The notes beneath the pieces are model-generated. The model made no database searches. It saw nothing but the letters and a program-made list of their open reading frames with translations, and was not told the origin of the DNA. From Candidatus Delongbacteria bacterium (lineage in GTDB: Bacteria > UBA4055), in the NCBI GenBank assembly GCA_016937995.1, contig JAFGVM010000057.1, positions 1 through 64,000 of the forward strand: 64,000 nt of DNA, given 5' to 3'. This document shows positions 37,226-46,465 of this stretch, piece by piece. The stretch's first letter is position 1; every line of letters starts with the position of its first letter. Both the position numbers and the translations under genes were made by a program.

Positions 37226-37576
37226 CTATATTTTTAAACTTTTATCTAAGAAATACTGAAATTCCAAAGTTCTGCCTTCAGGGTCTTTACCCCAGAAATG
37301 ATAGATGTTGAACTTAGGATTTAGAACCGGTTCGGTTGTTGATATATCTTTCAGTCTGGTGTATGCTTCATCTACTTTAGGCTGCGATTCATAAAAAAAT
37401 GTAATACACGGATCCACTTCTTCTTTTTCTCCCTGACAGAATCCAAGAAGAAAATTTTCATGTTTCAGAATAATGCATTGTCCCTGATCATACCATAATT
37501 CCATTCCGATACGATCAATATAGAAATTTCTTATCATCTCAAGATCATTAGTTCTAAAAAATATTAAACCAGCCAT
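37226..37576 (-). CDS. VOC/glyoxalase family protein
   Basis: FY...IGM..., ITFFYES...VD, YHFWGKDPEGRTLEFQ. Confidence 0.88.
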   Translation of the reverse strand: MAGLIFFRTNDLEMIRNFYIDRIGMELWYDQGQCIILKHENFLLGFCQGEKEEVDPCITFFYESQPKVDEAYTRLKDISTTEPVLNPKFNIYHFWGKDPEGRTLEFQYFLDKSLKI

Positions 37577-37592
37577 TTAACACCATCCAAAA

Positions 37593-37841
37593 TTATAGTT
37601 CGAGCTCAACAAGTTTTGCAGTTACTTTCTCAATTGCAGTCAGTTCATTAATTATCTCATTTTTACCTTCACCGACAAATTCTATCATGATAAATCCAAC
37701 TTCAGAACACTGATCAAGAACTCCATCGTGAATGCCGAGCCTGGTTTTGATACTGCAACCGTATTTTGTAAGAATTTCCTGCACGCTTACTGCAGAAGCA
37801 TGCCTTTTACCGATAAGAATAAGAATTATTGATTTTTTCAT
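37593..37841 (-). CDS. Stand-alone ACT/NikR-C-like protein (TM1266 family)
   Basis: R...AVSVQEILTKYGCSIKTRLGIHD....CS..G. Confidence 0.8.
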   Translation of the reverse strand: MKKSIILILIGKRHASAVSVQEILTKYGCSIKTRLGIHDGVLDQCSEVGFIMIEFVGEGKNEIINELTAIEKVTAKLVELEL

Positions 37842-37862
37842 GTGTTACCTCCGTAATACAAT

Positions 37863-38174
37863 TTAGTTTATCAGGTTGAAGTATCTTTCAAGTAACTCTT
37901 CCAACTCTGTCATTGCAAAATTCCTACTGAATCTCTTGCTTTCTTTTCCCTCTACGAAAACGATTACAGACGGGACAGTAAAAACTGTGTATTGTCCGCA
38001 AATCTCTTCAGATTCTTTTGTATTAACAAATACGAACTTGAAATCATTGTATTTTTCAACAAGCTCTTTCACTTTAGGTTTCAACACCTTACAGACATTG
38101 CACTCATCATGTGAGAAGTAAGCTACAGTTACGATTTTATCTGAAACGATATTGTTAAAATCATTAATTTTCAA
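37863..38174 (-). CDS. Thioredoxin family protein
   Basis: YFSHDECNVCKVLKPK; VFTVPSV. Confidence 0.9.
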   Translation of the reverse strand: MKINDFNNIVSDKIVTVAYFSHDECNVCKVLKPKVKELVEKYNDFKFVFVNTKESEEICGQYTVFTVPSVIVFVEGKESKRFSRNFAMTELEELLERYFNLIN

Positions 38175-38892
38175 TTTTCAATTTTCCACTTTCAATTGTT
38201 TCTTGAACCAGCTTTCCCCAAACAACATATCCTTCAGCATTTAAATGTAGTCCATCATGTGTGTACTCAGGTTTCAGCAGATTGTTTTCTGAAAGAACCT
38301 TGTTCAGGTCTAAAAAAAGTATTTCCTTTTCCTCGGCATATTTCTTTAATTCTGCATTTATTTTTGTGACCAGAGGATTATTATGCTCATGGCTGTAGTA
38401 CATTCCATTATTGTAAATTACAGATTGAAGAACAGGTTTTATCTCATTCTTCAATAAAATATTCATGATCTCTTTTATATTTGCTATTATTTCCTCAGTT
38501 GGTAACCGTCTGGTAAGATCATTGATACCCCCAAGAAAAAAACATGCTTTAGGTTTAACTTTAAGAACGCTTTCCATTCTGCTCAGCATTCCTTCAGTTA
38601 TATCTCCGTTAATACCTCTGTTGACAATATCTTTTCTTTCAAGTAATTCGTTCCAATCGATCCCTGCAGTGATCGAATTTCCCAGCATTACTATATCGGC
38701 TTGTTTATTGAAAAGCATAAAATTTTCTACTCCGGGTTTATATTTTGGATTGTCTGTATAGTGATATTCCGTCTGAATATTAAGTTTTCCTGCCAAATAC
38801 TGTATTGTTCTTTTCCATAGACCTCCTTCTAATATCAGGATCACTGTTATCAGGAGCAAAAAGATATTTGTAATTAACAAGAATTTTTTCAT
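38164..38892 (-). CDS. SGNH/GDSL hydrolase
   Basis: GNSIT, NRGINGD, GINDL, DGLHLN. Confidence 0.93.
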   Translation of the reverse strand: MKKFLLITNIFLLLITVILILEGGLWKRTIQYLAGKLNIQTEYHYTDNPKYKPGVENFMLFNKQADIVMLGNSITAGIDWNELLERKDIVNRGINGDITEGMLSRMESVLKVKPKACFFLGGINDLTRRLPTEEIIANIKEIMNILLKNEIKPVLQSVIYNNGMYYSHEHNNPLVTKINAELKKYAEEKEILFLDLNKVLSENNLLKPEYTHDGLHLNAEGYVVWGKLVQETIESGKLKIEN

Positions 38893-38907
38893 ACGTACAA
38901 TATAAAC

Positions 38908-38939
38908 AAAAAAGAAGTCATTTAGCAGACTTCTTTTTT
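38908..38939 (-). terminator. Terminator after ppdK (bidirectional)
   Basis: AAAAAGAAGTC-atttagca-GACTTCTTTTT. Confidence 0.75.
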
Positions 38940-38959
38940 GTTTATTGATAACTTAACCA

Positions 38960-41641
38960 TTAATGGGAATGTTCATGGTCGTGGTCATGTCCGCAATCAC
39001 AACCTTCATCTTCGCAGTCACAGTCATGATCATGTGGCGGATACATTATAGCAGCATGAGCAGCGGCAAGTCTTGCGATAGGTACTCTGTAAGGAGAACA
39101 ACTAACTTCATCAAGTCCTATAACATGACAGAATACAACAGAATCAGGGTCACCACCGTGTTCACCGCAGATACCTATATGAATGTCCGGATTAGCTTCT
39201 TTTGCTGTTATTACACAATGCTCCATGAGTTTACCAACTCCTTCCTGATCTATAGTCTGGAACGGATCTTTTTCATAAATTCCAAGCTCGACATATTTAG
39301 TTAGGAATGAAGCAGCATCATCTCTACTGAATCCGCAAGTCATCTGAGTAAGGTCATTTGTACCAAAACTCATAAATTCACAGTGCGGTGCGAACTCATC
39401 AGCGGTCAAAGCTGCCCTAGGAACCTCGATCATAGTTCCAATTTTATAATCAACCTTATTACCAACCTGTAATTCTTCAGCCACTTTTTCAATAACTTTT
39501 TTAACATTTAAATATTCTTCAACTTTACCTGTCAGTGGTATTTCGATCCATGGTTTTGCACCCGGAACGGTTAGAGCAGCTTTGAAAATAGCCCTTGCCT
39601 GCATAGCAGGGATCTCAGGATATTTAACAGCCAATCTGCAACCTCTGAATCCAAGCATAGGATTGAATTCATGAAGACTTTCAATAGTGGATCTCAGTTC
39701 TTCAACAGATACATTGATCTCAGCTGCAACATCCTCTATATCTTTTTCTTCCTTTGGTAAGAACTCGTGCAAAGGAGGATCAAGTAGTCTGATTATCATA
39801 GGTTTGCCTTCAAGTACTTTGAAGATATCTTCAAAATCTTTCTGCTGGAAAGGTTCGATCTTAGCTAATGCTTTTTCTCTTTCAACCTGTTCTTTTGCAA
39901 CTATCATTTCTCTTACAGCCTTAATTCTGGAAGCTTCAAAGAACATATGTTCTGTACGGCAGAGGCCAATTCCCTCAGCTCCAAATTTTACAGCAACTTT
40001 TGTATCTTCAGGAGTATCCGAATTAGCTTTTATCAGCATTACTCTAAATTTATCGGCCATTTCCATCAAAGCACCAAAATCACCGGATAATTCAGGTTCA
40101 GTGACCGGCACACTACCTTCGTAAACAGCTCCGGTTGACCCATCTAAAGTTATTACATCGCCATGATTAAAAACTTTTCCATTGAATTCCAATGTTCTCG
40201 CATGCTCATCGATCTTAGCAGTTGAACATCCTGCAACACAACATTTACCCATTCCTCTTGCAACTACGGCTGCGTGAGAGGTCATTCCACCCCTGGCGGT
40301 AAGAATACCGTTAGAAGCATTCATACCAATAAGGTCCTCAGGAGAAGTTTCATTTCTAACAAGGATAACATCTTCACCGGATTCATTTAATTCGTGAGCA
40401 AGATGTGCATCGAACACAACCTTACCAACAGCAGCACCAGGTGATGCAGGTAATCCAATTGCAAGCGGGGTTAATTCTTTTACAGCTACAGGATCCAGAT
40501 GAGGGTGTAACAACTGATCCAACTGGGCTGGTTCAACTCTCATTACAGCCTGTTCTTCATCGATCAATCCCTCTTTTACCATTTCAACTGCCATTCTGAC
40601 AGCAGCAGCAGCAGTTCTTTTACCATTACGGGTTTGAAGCATCCATAATTTACCTTCTTCAATAGTAAATTCCATGTCCTGCATATCTGTATAATGTTTT
40701 TCAAGGTTATCTCTGTATGATACCAATTCGTTGTAAATAGCTTCATTCTGATCTTTTAGTGCCTGAATTTCCAAAGGTGTTCTAATACCTGCAACAACAT
40801 CTTCTCCCTGGGCATTCATCAGATACTCACCATAGAATTTATTTTCTCCGGTACTAGGATTTCTGGTAAAACATACTCCTGTTCCACTGGTATTACCTTT
40901 ATTTCCAAAGACCATAACCTGAACATTTACAGCAGTTCCGGCCAAACCCTTTAGATCGTTCAATTTTCTATATAAGATCGCTCTGTCGTTATTCCATGAT
41001 CCGAATACGGCTTCAACAGACATTTTTAACTGCTCAAACGGGTCCTGAGGGAATAATTTACCTGCTGTTTTTTGTATTGCGGCTTTGTATCTTTCAATAA
41101 CTTTTTGAAGGTCGTCAGCAGACAGGTCAGTGTCAAATTCAACCCCTTTTTCATTTTTTACTGTATGAAGTTCCTTCTCAAAGATTTCACCATCAATACC
41201 CATTACAACATTTCCGAACATTTGAATAAATCTTCTATATGAGTCGTATCCAAATCTAGGATTGTTTGTTTTATTGATCAAACCTTTAACAGAAATATCA
41301 TTCATTCCTAAATTTAAAACAGTATCCATCATACCCGGCATTGATACGGCAGCACCGGATCTTACTGACAGTAATAATGGGTCTTCATCATCGCCAAGTT
41401 TTTTACCAAGGCTATCTTCAAGTTGCTTGACATGGATTTTATATTCTTCAATTATTCCGTCAGCGATCTTATTTTGACCGTCTTTATAAAAATCCTGACA
41501 TGCTTCAGTAGTTAAAGTAAATCCGGGAGGAACCGGGATCCCAAGTTTTGTCATTTCAGCCAGGTTTGCTCCCTTACCACCAAGAAGCTCTTTCATTTTA
41601 GCTTCTCCTTCACTGAAGCTATATACAAATTTTTTAACCAT
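38960..41641 (-). CDS. ppdK: Pyruvate, phosphate dikinase with a His/Cys-rich C-terminal tail
   Basis: LGGKGANLAEM, SVRSGA..SMPGMMDT, GGMTSHAAVVARG, GLCRTEHMF, SFGTNDLTQ, GICGEHGG. Confidence 0.98.
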   Translation of the reverse strand: MVKKFVYSFSEGEAKMKELLGGKGANLAEMTKLGIPVPPGFTLTTEACQDFYKDGQNKIADGIIEEYKIHVKQLEDSLGKKLGDDEDPLLLSVRSGAAVSMPGMMDTVLNLGMNDISVKGLINKTNNPRFGYDSYRRFIQMFGNVVMGIDGEIFEKELHTVKNEKGVEFDTDLSADDLQKVIERYKAAIQKTAGKLFPQDPFEQLKMSVEAVFGSWNNDRAILYRKLNDLKGLAGTAVNVQVMVFGNKGNTSGTGVCFTRNPSTGENKFYGEYLMNAQGEDVVAGIRTPLEIQALKDQNEAIYNELVSYRDNLEKHYTDMQDMEFTIEEGKLWMLQTRNGKRTAAAAVRMAVEMVKEGLIDEEQAVMRVEPAQLDQLLHPHLDPVAVKELTPLAIGLPASPGAAVGKVVFDAHLAHELNESGEDVILVRNETSPEDLIGMNASNGILTARGGMTSHAAVVARGMGKCCVAGCSTAKIDEHARTLEFNGKVFNHGDVITLDGSTGAVYEGSVPVTEPELSGDFGALMEMADKFRVMLIKANSDTPEDTKVAVKFGAEGIGLCRTEHMFFEASRIKAVREMIVAKEQVEREKALAKIEPFQQKDFEDIFKVLEGKPMIIRLLDPPLHEFLPKEEKDIEDVAAEINVSVEELRSTIESLHEFNPMLGFRGCRLAVKYPEIPAMQARAIFKAALTVPGAKPWIEIPLTGKVEEYLNVKKVIEKVAEELQVGNKVDYKIGTMIEVPRAALTADEFAPHCEFMSFGTNDLTQMTCGFSRDDAASFLTKYVELGIYEKDPFQTIDQEGVGKLMEHCVITAKEANPDIHIGICGEHGGDPDSVVFCHVIGLDEVSCSPYRVPIARLAAAHAAIMYPPHDHDCDCEDEGCDCGHDHDHEHSH

Positions 41642-41711
41642 TTTATTCTCCTTTTAATTTATAAAACATACAGAGTTGAACCTGTTCATTATTTCACAGT
41701 AAAGCATACTA

Positions 41712-41740
41712 AAAATAAAAACTTATGCCTCTTAAGTCAA
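41712..41740 (-). promoter_or_regulatory. sigma70-type promoter of ppdK
   Basis: Minus strand TTGACT-N17-TATTTT. Confidence 0.6.
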
Positions 41741-42065
41741 TAATATTCTGACGAAAATACGATAGTAGTTGCTAAAAATATTGATATTTTTTATGGGCAT
41801 CGACCATATTGGAATTTTTTTAGATGCACTATTAAGTATAAATAGCGGCAGTTCTATACTTTATACGCTTCATAAAAAAGAAAACATTCCATCAATATTT
41901 TTAAAATAAATTCGACTGATATTATGAAATAAATTTGATCAAAATTGTAGGATCATACCTGAAAGTCAAATTGAGTTATGTTTTTTTATCAAAAATCTCA
42001 GCATTTGGAACTACTTTCTATAAAACATGCAATAAAAAAATAAATAAATATAAATGATTTTTTTC

Positions 42066-42096
42066 TTGCCAAAACGACTTTTTTATGTTACCTTTG
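42066..42096 (+). promoter_or_regulatory. Promoter of the sigma factor gene
   Basis: TTGCCA-N17-TACCTT with TGn extension; also reads TAccTTTG. Confidence 0.55.
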
Positions 42097-42155
42097 AAGA
42101 CCTTGTCAGTTAGGCACAGGCGTAATTTAATTTATATAAAAGAGGGTAATGCTAT

Positions 42156-43016
42156 ATGATGTACGTGGGATACCGCTCAAACAAATCACTGAACGAATAT
42201 TTAAAAGAGATAAGCAGGGAGAATCTATTAACTGCTGCTCAGGAAGTTGAACTTACCAAGATAATGCGTAATAATAAGGGTATTAAATCCCAGAGAGCAA
42301 AAGACAAAATGGTAAAATGTAACCTGAGATTCGTTGTATCTGTTGCAAAGCAATATAAAAATCAGGGTTTAAGTTTCAATGACCTGATCAATGAGGGAAA
42401 TTTAGGATTAATAAAAGCAGCTTCAAGATTTGATGAGACTAAAGGTTATAAATTTATTTCTTATGCAGTATGGTGGATCAGGCAATCAATACTTCAGGCC
42501 CTTGCAGAACAGTCCAGAGTTGTAAGACTTCCATCAAATAAAATTTCAGTCCTTAATAAAATTCATAAGACACGCTCCAGATTACAGAATAAATATGAGA
42601 GAGAACCGACAGTTGAAGAAATTGCGGGTATAATGGATGTTTCTGAAGAAGAAGTTTATAATACTTTAAAAATATCAGGCCAGCATCTGTCGATTGATTC
42701 ACCTATTAAAGACGGAGAAGATAACAGACTTATTGATGTTCTTAAAAGTGATCAGAGCCCAATGCCGGATTCAGATCTAACTGACTTTTCATTGAGTGTT
42801 GAGATCGAGAGAGCTTTAGAAACTTTATCACCTAGGGAGAAGGAAGTTATCACAATGTATTTTGGTATTGAAAGATATGAACCGCTTACTCTTGAGGAGA
42901 TCGGACAGGAGCTTAATCTTACGAGAGAGAGGATCCGTCAGATCAAGGAAAAAGCACTTCATAGATTGAGACATAAATCCAGATCTAAGACACTGAAGAT
43001 GTACTTAGACAGATAA
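42156..43016 (+). CDS. rpoD: RNA polymerase sigma factor, RpoD/SigA family, lacking region 1.1
   Basis: YLKEI, NLRFVVSVAKQY, DLINEGNLGL, KFISYAVWWIRQSI, TLEEIG...LTRERIRQIKEKAL; 286 aa. Confidence 0.9.
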   Translation: MMYVGYRSNKSLNEYLKEISRENLLTAAQEVELTKIMRNNKGIKSQRAKDKMVKCNLRFVVSVAKQYKNQGLSFNDLINEGNLGLIKAASRFDETKGYKFISYAVWWIRQSILQALAEQSRVVRLPSNKISVLNKIHKTRSRLQNKYEREPTVEEIAGIMDVSEEEVYNTLKISGQHLSIDSPIKDGEDNRLIDVLKSDQSPMPDSDLTDFSLSVEIERALETLSPREKEVITMYFGIERYEPLTLEEIGQELNLTRERIRQIKEKALHRLRHKSRSKTLKMYLDR

Positions 43017-43038
43017 AGTTCATAAGTTATAAAAATAT

Positions 43039-43069
43039 AAAAAGCCGATCAATTTGATCGGCTTTTTTT
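43039..43069. terminator. Bidirectional terminator between rpoD and valS
   Basis: A-tract GCCGATCAA-T-TTGATCGGC T-tract. Confidence 0.9.
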
Positions 43070-43085
43070 ATATGTCTACGAAAAC

Positions 43086-45722
43086 TTAACCCAGATTCTC
43101 TAAACTATTTTTCAATTTCTCTATAGCATCAAGGTTATTTGCAAGTTTGTCTTTTTCTTTAGAAATAACCTGCTCAGGTGCATTTGAAACGAACTGATCG
43201 TTAGCCAACTTCTTATTGATACCAAAATTGATACCATCAAGTCTTTTGATCTCTTTTTCGATCTTCTCTTTCTCAGCATCTATATCAATAATATCCTCCA
43301 GTGGAATAAATATCTCTGTTCCACTTACTACAAAACTGGAAGCTAATTTAGGAGCTTCAACATTTGCATCAAAAATGATCTCACCGATCTTTCCTAGGAA
43401 TTTGATGATCGCACTGAAGTGACTAAGTGAAGTATCGTCAGATTTTAAAACGATATTCAATTCCTTAGAAGGCGCAATATTATTTTCAGCCCTGACATTT
43501 CTAACTTTGCTGATGATCTCTTTAATTATTTCCATTAACTCTTCATCCTTTAATGATACCAGATCTTTATTAAAATCAGGTAATGATGAAAGCATAATTG
43601 AATCATTCACATCTCTATTTTCAATACCCATCCATAGCTCCTCAGTTATGAACGGCATGAATGGATGAAGCAGTTTTAAAGCAATATCGAATACGTAGAA
43701 AGCATTTTCGAGAACTGATCTTTTTGCTTCAGCATCATCTGATTGAAGTCTTGATTTCGCCATTTCAATATACCAGTCACAAAGATCGTTCCAAAGGAAT
43801 TCATAAACCGCTTTTACAGCCTCATTCGGATGAAATTCTTTTATTTTATTCTCAGTTATTTCAAGTGTCTGCTGTAATCTTGAATTTATCCATCTGTCCT
43901 CAGGTGAGTCAAGGTGGATCTTTGGTTCAAGCTTTCCATCAAACTTTTCTCTGTGCATCATCAGAAACCTTGAAGCGTTCCATACTTTATTTGCAAAATT
44001 CCTTCCAAGGTCACATTTTTCTTTAGAGAAAAGAACATCATTTCCGGTTGGAGTTAATCTTATTAATGTGAATCTGAAAGCATCAGATCCATATTCATCA
44101 ATGATCTCAAGTGGATCAGGAGAATTTCCAAGAGACTTACTCATTTTACGACCCTGCTCATCTCTTACAACTCCATGAAAATAAACATCATGGAAAGGGA
44201 TATCATTCTTATATTCCATACCGGCTATTATCATTCTGGCAACCCAGAAGAAAATAATATCAGGTGCAGTAACTAATAAGTTGGTAGGGTAGAAGTAATC
44301 CTCTTCCTCTTTGTTGGTATGAACTCCGAAAGGCCATAACCAGCTAGAAGCCCAGGTGTCGAGAACATCATTGTCCTGATATATACCATCACTTTTACCG
44401 CAGTTTGAGCAAGTTGAAGGTTTTTCTTTTTCAACCATGATAACATCATTACAACCGGGTTTTGAACAATAATATGCCGGGATCCTGTGTCCCCACCATA
44501 ATTGTCTGGAGATACACCAGTCCTGAATATTATCCAGCCAGTGATAATAAGTTTTTTCCCACCTTTCCGGGTGAAATTTTATCTTACCCTGTTTAACTAT
44601 TTCAATAGCGGGTTTGACAAGCTCATCCATCCCAAGATACCACTGTTCACTCATAAGATATTCTATCGGAACTTTTCCTCTTTCACTGATACTTACCTGA
44701 TGAACGTGATCTTTGATCTGCTCTACAAGACCCATCTCGGTAAGTTTTTCAACTACCTTTTTTCTTGCTACGTATCTGTCAAGTCCTATGAATCCCTCAG
44801 GGACCTGATTATTCATAGTCGCATCTTTATTGATGACAGTGATCATCTTAAGATCATGTTTTTTGCCGAGAATATAATCATTTGGATCGTGAGCAGGAGT
44901 GATTTTTACTGCACCTGTACCTTTTTCCGGATCTGCATATTCATCTGCTATAATTGGCAATTCTCTGTCCATGAAAGGTAATATTGCAGTTTTACCGATC
45001 AGATGCTTAAGCTTCTCATTTTCCGGATGGATAGCTATTGCAGTATCACCGAACATAGTCTCCGGTCTTGTAGTTGCGATAGTTACAAACTCATCACTGT
45101 CCTTAACAGGATACTTGAAGTACCAAAGTTTTCCATTTTTCTCCTCAAAAAGAACTTCTTCATCAGAGATAACTGATTGTGATACAGGACACCAGTTTAC
45201 AAGTCTGTAACCTTTGTAAATATGACCTTTTTTGTATAAATCTATGAACGTATCGATAACTCTCTCGTAATACATATCATCCATAGTAAATCTTTCTCTT
45301 TCCCAGTCACATGCACAACCGATCTTTTTCAGCTGCTGAATGATAATTCCACCATGTTCATCTTTCCACTTCTGAGCTTCTTCAAGGAATTTTTCTCTAC
45401 CGAGTTCTTCTTTTTTGATACCCTGATCAGCCAGTTTTGCGACAACTTTATTTTCTGTTGCAATAGATGCATGGTCTGTTCCGGGGATCCAGATAGTCTC
45501 AAAGCCTTTAAGCTTGTGCCATCTGATATAAATATCCTGGATAGTATTATTTAAAACATGACCAACGTGTAATATTCCGGTAACATTCGGCGGTGGGATC
45601 ACTATTGTGTAAGGTGTTTTATTTTTATTGATCTTTCCTTTAAATAATCCTTTCTTGATCCAGCTGTTATATAATCTTGCCTCAATATTTTTCGGATCAT
45701 ATGTTTTATTTATTTCTGACAT
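43086..45722 (-). CDS. valS: Valine--tRNA ligase
   Basis: PPPNVTGILHVGH, DWCISRQLWWGHRIP, KMSKSLGN, C-terminal coiled coil. Confidence 0.98.
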   Translation of the reverse strand: MSEINKTYDPKNIEARLYNSWIKKGLFKGKINKNKTPYTIVIPPPNVTGILHVGHVLNNTIQDIYIRWHKLKGFETIWIPGTDHASIATENKVVAKLADQGIKKEELGREKFLEEAQKWKDEHGGIIIQQLKKIGCACDWERERFTMDDMYYERVIDTFIDLYKKGHIYKGYRLVNWCPVSQSVISDEEVLFEEKNGKLWYFKYPVKDSDEFVTIATTRPETMFGDTAIAIHPENEKLKHLIGKTAILPFMDRELPIIADEYADPEKGTGAVKITPAHDPNDYILGKKHDLKMITVINKDATMNNQVPEGFIGLDRYVARKKVVEKLTEMGLVEQIKDHVHQVSISERGKVPIEYLMSEQWYLGMDELVKPAIEIVKQGKIKFHPERWEKTYYHWLDNIQDWCISRQLWWGHRIPAYYCSKPGCNDVIMVEKEKPSTCSNCGKSDGIYQDNDVLDTWASSWLWPFGVHTNKEEEDYFYPTNLLVTAPDIIFFWVARMIIAGMEYKNDIPFHDVYFHGVVRDEQGRKMSKSLGNSPDPLEIIDEYGSDAFRFTLIRLTPTGNDVLFSKEKCDLGRNFANKVWNASRFLMMHREKFDGKLEPKIHLDSPEDRWINSRLQQTLEITENKIKEFHPNEAVKAVYEFLWNDLCDWYIEMAKSRLQSDDAEAKRSVLENAFYVFDIALKLLHPFMPFITEELWMGIENRDVNDSIMLSSLPDFNKDLVSLKDEELMEIIKEIISKVRNVRAENNIAPSKELNIVLKSDDTSLSHFSAIIKFLGKIGEIIFDANVEAPKLASSFVVSGTEIFIPLEDIIDIDAEKEKIEKEIKRLDGINFGINKKLANDQFVSNAPEQVISKEKDKLANNLDAIEKLKNSLENLG

Positions 45723-45772
45723 TATTTTGCTCCTTGCATTAATGAGTTAAAATATAATTATTGTTCAAATTA

Positions 45773-45954
45773 TTATCAAGGCTTATTGAAACGAAGTATG
45801 AATTAGATTTTTAAAAGATTTTTAGAAATACTCCATTAGCAATAAGCCTTACGGACGGCTACTGCTTGATAAAAATGATCTTTGGAATAGTTCTGCATGT
45901 TCTCTTCTCTTTTTTAACTACGAGAATATAACATAAGAATTCTGTTTTGGACAA
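45773..45954 (-). promoter_or_regulatory. Structured valS leader containing a 20-aa uORF (45898..45836)
   Basis: Promoter TTGTCC-N18-TATATT (45954-45925), purine-rich RBS, uORF MQNYSKDHFYQAVAVRKAYC*, long stem 45872..45773. Confidence 0.55.
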
Positions 45955-45964
45955 AATTTTTTAC

Positions 45965-45998
45965 AAAAAAAATCCTGCAAGTGTTTAATTCGCAGGAT
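45965..45998 (-). terminator. Terminator after ssb
   Basis: Minus strand ATCCTGC-loop-GCAGGAT followed by a T-run. Confidence 0.75.
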
Positions 45999-46023
45999 CT
46001 TATGATATTATTTATTAGGAAAT

Positions 46024-46455
46024 TTAGAACGGCAGATCATCGATTGGTTCATTATCAGATTCTTTTGAGTTGGTTTCCTGATGATCATCACTATCAGAAT
46101 GTCCGGAATAATTATCTGAGTTATCTTTTCTAGGAGAGAGATTTTTTACTGCATTACCAACTATCTCAGTAATATATTTTCTAACTCCGCTTTCATCATC
46201 CCACGTACGTGTTGATATTTTTCCTTCCAAAAATACTGTCATACCCTTTTTAAGGTACTCACCTGCATATTCAGCCTGTCTGCCAAATAGAACGATATTA
46301 TGCCAGTCAGTTTTCTCTTCCCAGTTATCACCTCTTTTGAATCTCTCACTTGTTGCAATTGAGAATTTACATATTTGAACTCCACTAGGCGTAAATTTTA
46401 CATCAGGGTCTTTACCAAGATTCCCAATTAAAAAAACTTTATTTACACTCGCCAT
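46024..46455 (-). CDS. ssb: Single-stranded DNA-binding protein
   Basis: SVNKVFLIGNLGKDP, EKTDWHNIV, C-terminal DDLPF. Confidence 0.98.
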   Translation of the reverse strand: MASVNKVFLIGNLGKDPDVKFTPSGVQICKFSIATSERFKRGDNWEEKTDWHNIVLFGRQAEYAGEYLKKGMTVFLEGKISTRTWDDESGVRKYITEIVGNAVKNLSPRKDNSDNYSGHSDSDDHQETNSKESDNEPIDDLPF

Positions 46456-46465
46456 CACACTCTCC

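Noticed and set aside
31859-38174. Selenocysteine or stop-codon recoding in the thioredoxin-like genes
   Set aside because: No in-frame TGA at active-site positions; TGA, TAA and TAG behave as normal stops across the window.
41793-41909. 38-codon ORF MGIDHIGIFLDALLS... in the ppdK/rpoD spacer
   Set aside because: No RBS, no recognisable motif, and it overlaps an inverted-repeat structure.
45773-45954. T-box riboswitch or tmRNA upstream of valS
   Set aside because: No T-box consensus (AAnnnGGGTGGnACC) or terminator U-tract; no tRNA-like ends or ..AA* tag peptide.
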